Part shown: positions 40,027 to 42,177 of the stretch, piece after piece | How positions within the stretch are numbered: position 1 is the stretch's first letter | Layout of the letters: every line of letters starts with the position of its first letter | Virus genome (UHGV): UHGV-0135963 | DNA length: 42,177 bases | From: a virus | Reading direction: 5' to 3' (one strand) | The notes under the pieces: model-generated | The model's database searches: none | What the model saw: the letters and a program-made list of their open reading frames with translations, nothing else | What the model was told of the DNA's origin: nothing | Program-made: the position numbers and the translations under genes

Positions 40027-42177
40027 ATGACAGACATTACAGCCAATGTGATCGTATCGATGCCTTCGCAACTCTTCACTATGGCGCGTTCTTTTAAAGC
40101 CGTAGCCAATGGCAAAATTTATATCGGTAAAATTGACACTGATCCTGTAAATACAGAAAACCAGATTCAGGTCTATGTGGAGAATGAAGACGGTTCTCAC
40201 GTTCCTGTTTCGCAACCAATAATCATTAACGCTGCTGGATATCCGGTATATAACGGACAGATTGCCAAATTCGTTACCGTGCAAGGCCATTCTATGGCTG
40301 TTTATGATGCGTATGGTGCGCAGCAGTTCTATTTTCCTAATGTGCTGAAGTATGACCCTGATCAACTACGGCAGCAATTAGAAGACCCGGATGGAGCTAA
40401 AAAATATCCTGAATTGCAGATATCTCGGTGGAGGGACGATTGTGATGTAAGAGGGTGGGGGGCAAAAGGCGATGGTATAACAGATGATACATCTGCATTG
40501 ATCTTGGCTGCAGAATATGCACGAGAATCATCCAAAACATTACGAGCGGAAGGTAATTTTATTATTACGGAGACATTAAATCTTCGTAATGTCAGCCTCG
40601 AAATGACCAATGCTGTTTTTACCATATCCCACTCAGGAATAGGGGTATTGCTTGGCGGGGATGCATCAAACCCTAACAACCCAAGACAAAACTTCGGAAC
40701 GATTATCAGAAATTCTGGTATTTCATCTGAAACGACACCGGATATTCGTATTATTGGGGCAAAAGGGCAGCATATAAACATTGAGCGTTGCGACTACTTA
40801 CAGTTATATGCAAATTATAATGCTTCGGTGGCATCGACGGATTATTCAATAGCATACTCAACCTTTAACCTGAAAAAGGTCGATACAATTCATTTTCTTG
40901 GAGTTGAGAACGGATGGATAAATGAAAACTATTTTTATCTGAATCGTACGAATAATATCATTTTCGCTGATAATCCATATCATCATAACCACAATAAGTT
41001 TTATGGTGGAACTATGGAGGGGGCAGGTAAAATTGATATTCAAAGAGGTGATAACAATTACTTCTACGGGTTTCGTTTTGAACGATATCCATCATCCCCA
41101 ACTAACCAACAGTTGATAATTAACTTTGGTGAATATACGTGGAATAACTCAATTGAGGCTTCATGGTTAAGTTCTCCTTACTATACAAATGAACCATACA
41201 ATCCATCACCTTACACTTATGTAGAGGTAACTGATAATGGCAAGGGGAATGCAGTATTTCATGTTCAGGAAAATATATCCGATGAAGTAACATTGTTTTC
41301 TTTAAATGCTAACACCCCATTTATATCCAGTGCCAACAATGGAGAAGTTGGTGCATTAGCATATCAAACAGATGTAGATGGTTTATATAATATCCGTCAC
41401 CTAGTTTCTTCTAAGTTTGCTTTTATGCGGAATTTTGGGTTGTTATGGGAATCTGGAGATGTACCAGTAAGAAATGGTGATATGTTTACATTCTCAGCAG
41501 ATACGGCATCGTTTCGCATTTACCTGTATGCATTAGATGGAGATGGGAATGTCATAACTTCACAAACAGAAGCAATAACTTCTTCTATGCAATGGGATTC
41601 ATCTAACCATAGATATGCTACTGTTGCTAACATTTCTTCCATTAAGATCAGGATTAATAATGAAGGGGTTCCAGTTAGTGCAATTCGTTTAGCTGTGTAT
41701 TCTGGTGGTAATGTAGCGAATACTGCATTTTCATGGCTATGCTTAACTGGTAGATATTACAAAAATAGCACATCCTTGCCAAGGAAAAGCAAAGATAACT
41801 TCACCTTAAAACAAGGAAAAGCAATTACTTATTATAGTGATACTGATATTAGTATGGCTAACATTGGTTCAGGAATTACCTGTTATAAAACCGATTTATC
41901 TGAAATCAAAATTAATCTTGTAAGGGGCAGGTATGTAGTGAAATCAATTTCAGGCAGTGAAATATATGTATACCAAGGAACAGTCACTTATTACCCTCCA
42001 TTCAGTGATGTCAAATTGGTATATACGGATGGGGTTGAAAATAAATTATTAGATGTGCAAAACATCTCTTCAGGAAAGATTACTCTTGCAGATACAGTAC
42101 CATCAGCTATATCTGCAGGTGATTTTGTAGATGTTATTGTTACGAAGACGAAGTCTATTTTATCCAGTGCGCCGTAA
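40027..42177 (+). CDS. Tailspike protein (P22-type N-terminal head-binding domain plus divergent receptor-binding domain)
   Basis: 716 aa. N-terminus [58 protein letters not shown] matches the P22 gp9 head-binding domain. Remainder is an AT-rich, Asn/Ser/Tyr-rich beta-rich domain. Stop codon is the last 3 nt of the window. Confidence 0.9.
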   Translation: MTDITANVIVSMPSQLFTMARSFKAVANGKIYIGKIDTDPVNTENQIQVYVENEDGSHVPVSQPIIINAAGYPVYNGQIAKFVTVQGHSMAVYDAYGAQQFYFPNVLKYDPDQLRQQLEDPDGAKKYPELQISRWRDDCDVRGWGAKGDGITDDTSALILAAEYARESSKTLRAEGNFIITETLNLRNVSLEMTNAVFTISHSGIGVLLGGDASNPNNPRQNFGTIIRNSGISSETTPDIRIIGAKGQHINIERCDYLQLYANYNASVASTDYSIAYSTFNLKKVDTIHFLGVENGWINENYFYLNRTNNIIFADNPYHHNHNKFYGGTMEGAGKIDIQRGDNNYFYGFRFERYPSSPTNQQLIINFGEYTWNNSIEASWLSSPYYTNEPYNPSPYTYVEVTDNGKGNAVFHVQENISDEVTLFSLNANTPFISSANNGEVGALAYQTDVDGLYNIRHLVSSKFAFMRNFGLLWESGDVPVRNGDMFTFSADTASFRIYLYALDGDGNVITSQTEAITSSMQWDSSNHRYATVANISSIKIRINNEGVPVSAIRLAVYSGGNVANTAFSWLCLTGRYYKNSTSLPRKSKDNFTLKQGKAITYYSDTDISMANIGSGITCYKTDLSEIKINLVRGRYVVKSISGSEIYVYQGTVTYYPPFSDVKLVYTDGVENKLLDVQNISSGKITLADTVPSAISAGDFVDVIVTKTKSILSSAP

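Overview
The window holds the 5' part of the host sensor-kinase gene torS (minus strand, 50..2782) followed by one end of an integrated lambdoid prophage that runs from about 2800 to the end of the window (42177) and presumably continues beyond it. The prophage is a mosaic: lambda-type attL/int/xis and early-left (PL) operon with an Erf/SSB recombination module; a phage-434-type immunity region (cI, cro, 14-bp ACAA..TTGT operators) with lambda-type nutL/nutR and N; a lambda-O-like initiator with in-gene iterons paired with a Toprim primase/DnaB-like helicase fusion; lambda-type nin region, Q, PR'/tR' and S-R-Rz/Rz1 lysis cassette; then a P22/Sf6-like morphogenesis block (TerS, TerL, portal, scaffold, coat, gp4, gp10, gp26, gp14, gp7, gp20, gp16), an immI-like region (two Mnt-like RHH repressors, Arc, Ant) and a P22-type tailspike. 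Two tRNA-like genes sit directly after tR'. The most promising candidate for an undescribed system is an AT-rich three-gene minus-strand cassette (36495..37844) between gp16 and mnt, at the position P22 uses for superinfection exclusion; its middle gene resembles a YafO-type toxin. Other accessory candidates are a signal-peptide protein coupled to cI at the rexAB position, an AT-rich gene pair in the PL operon, and a membrane-protein gene in the nin region. All protein identifications rest on reading the supplied translations against remembered family sequences; no database search was run. Coordinates of features not in the ORF track were counted by hand and may be off by 1-3 nt.
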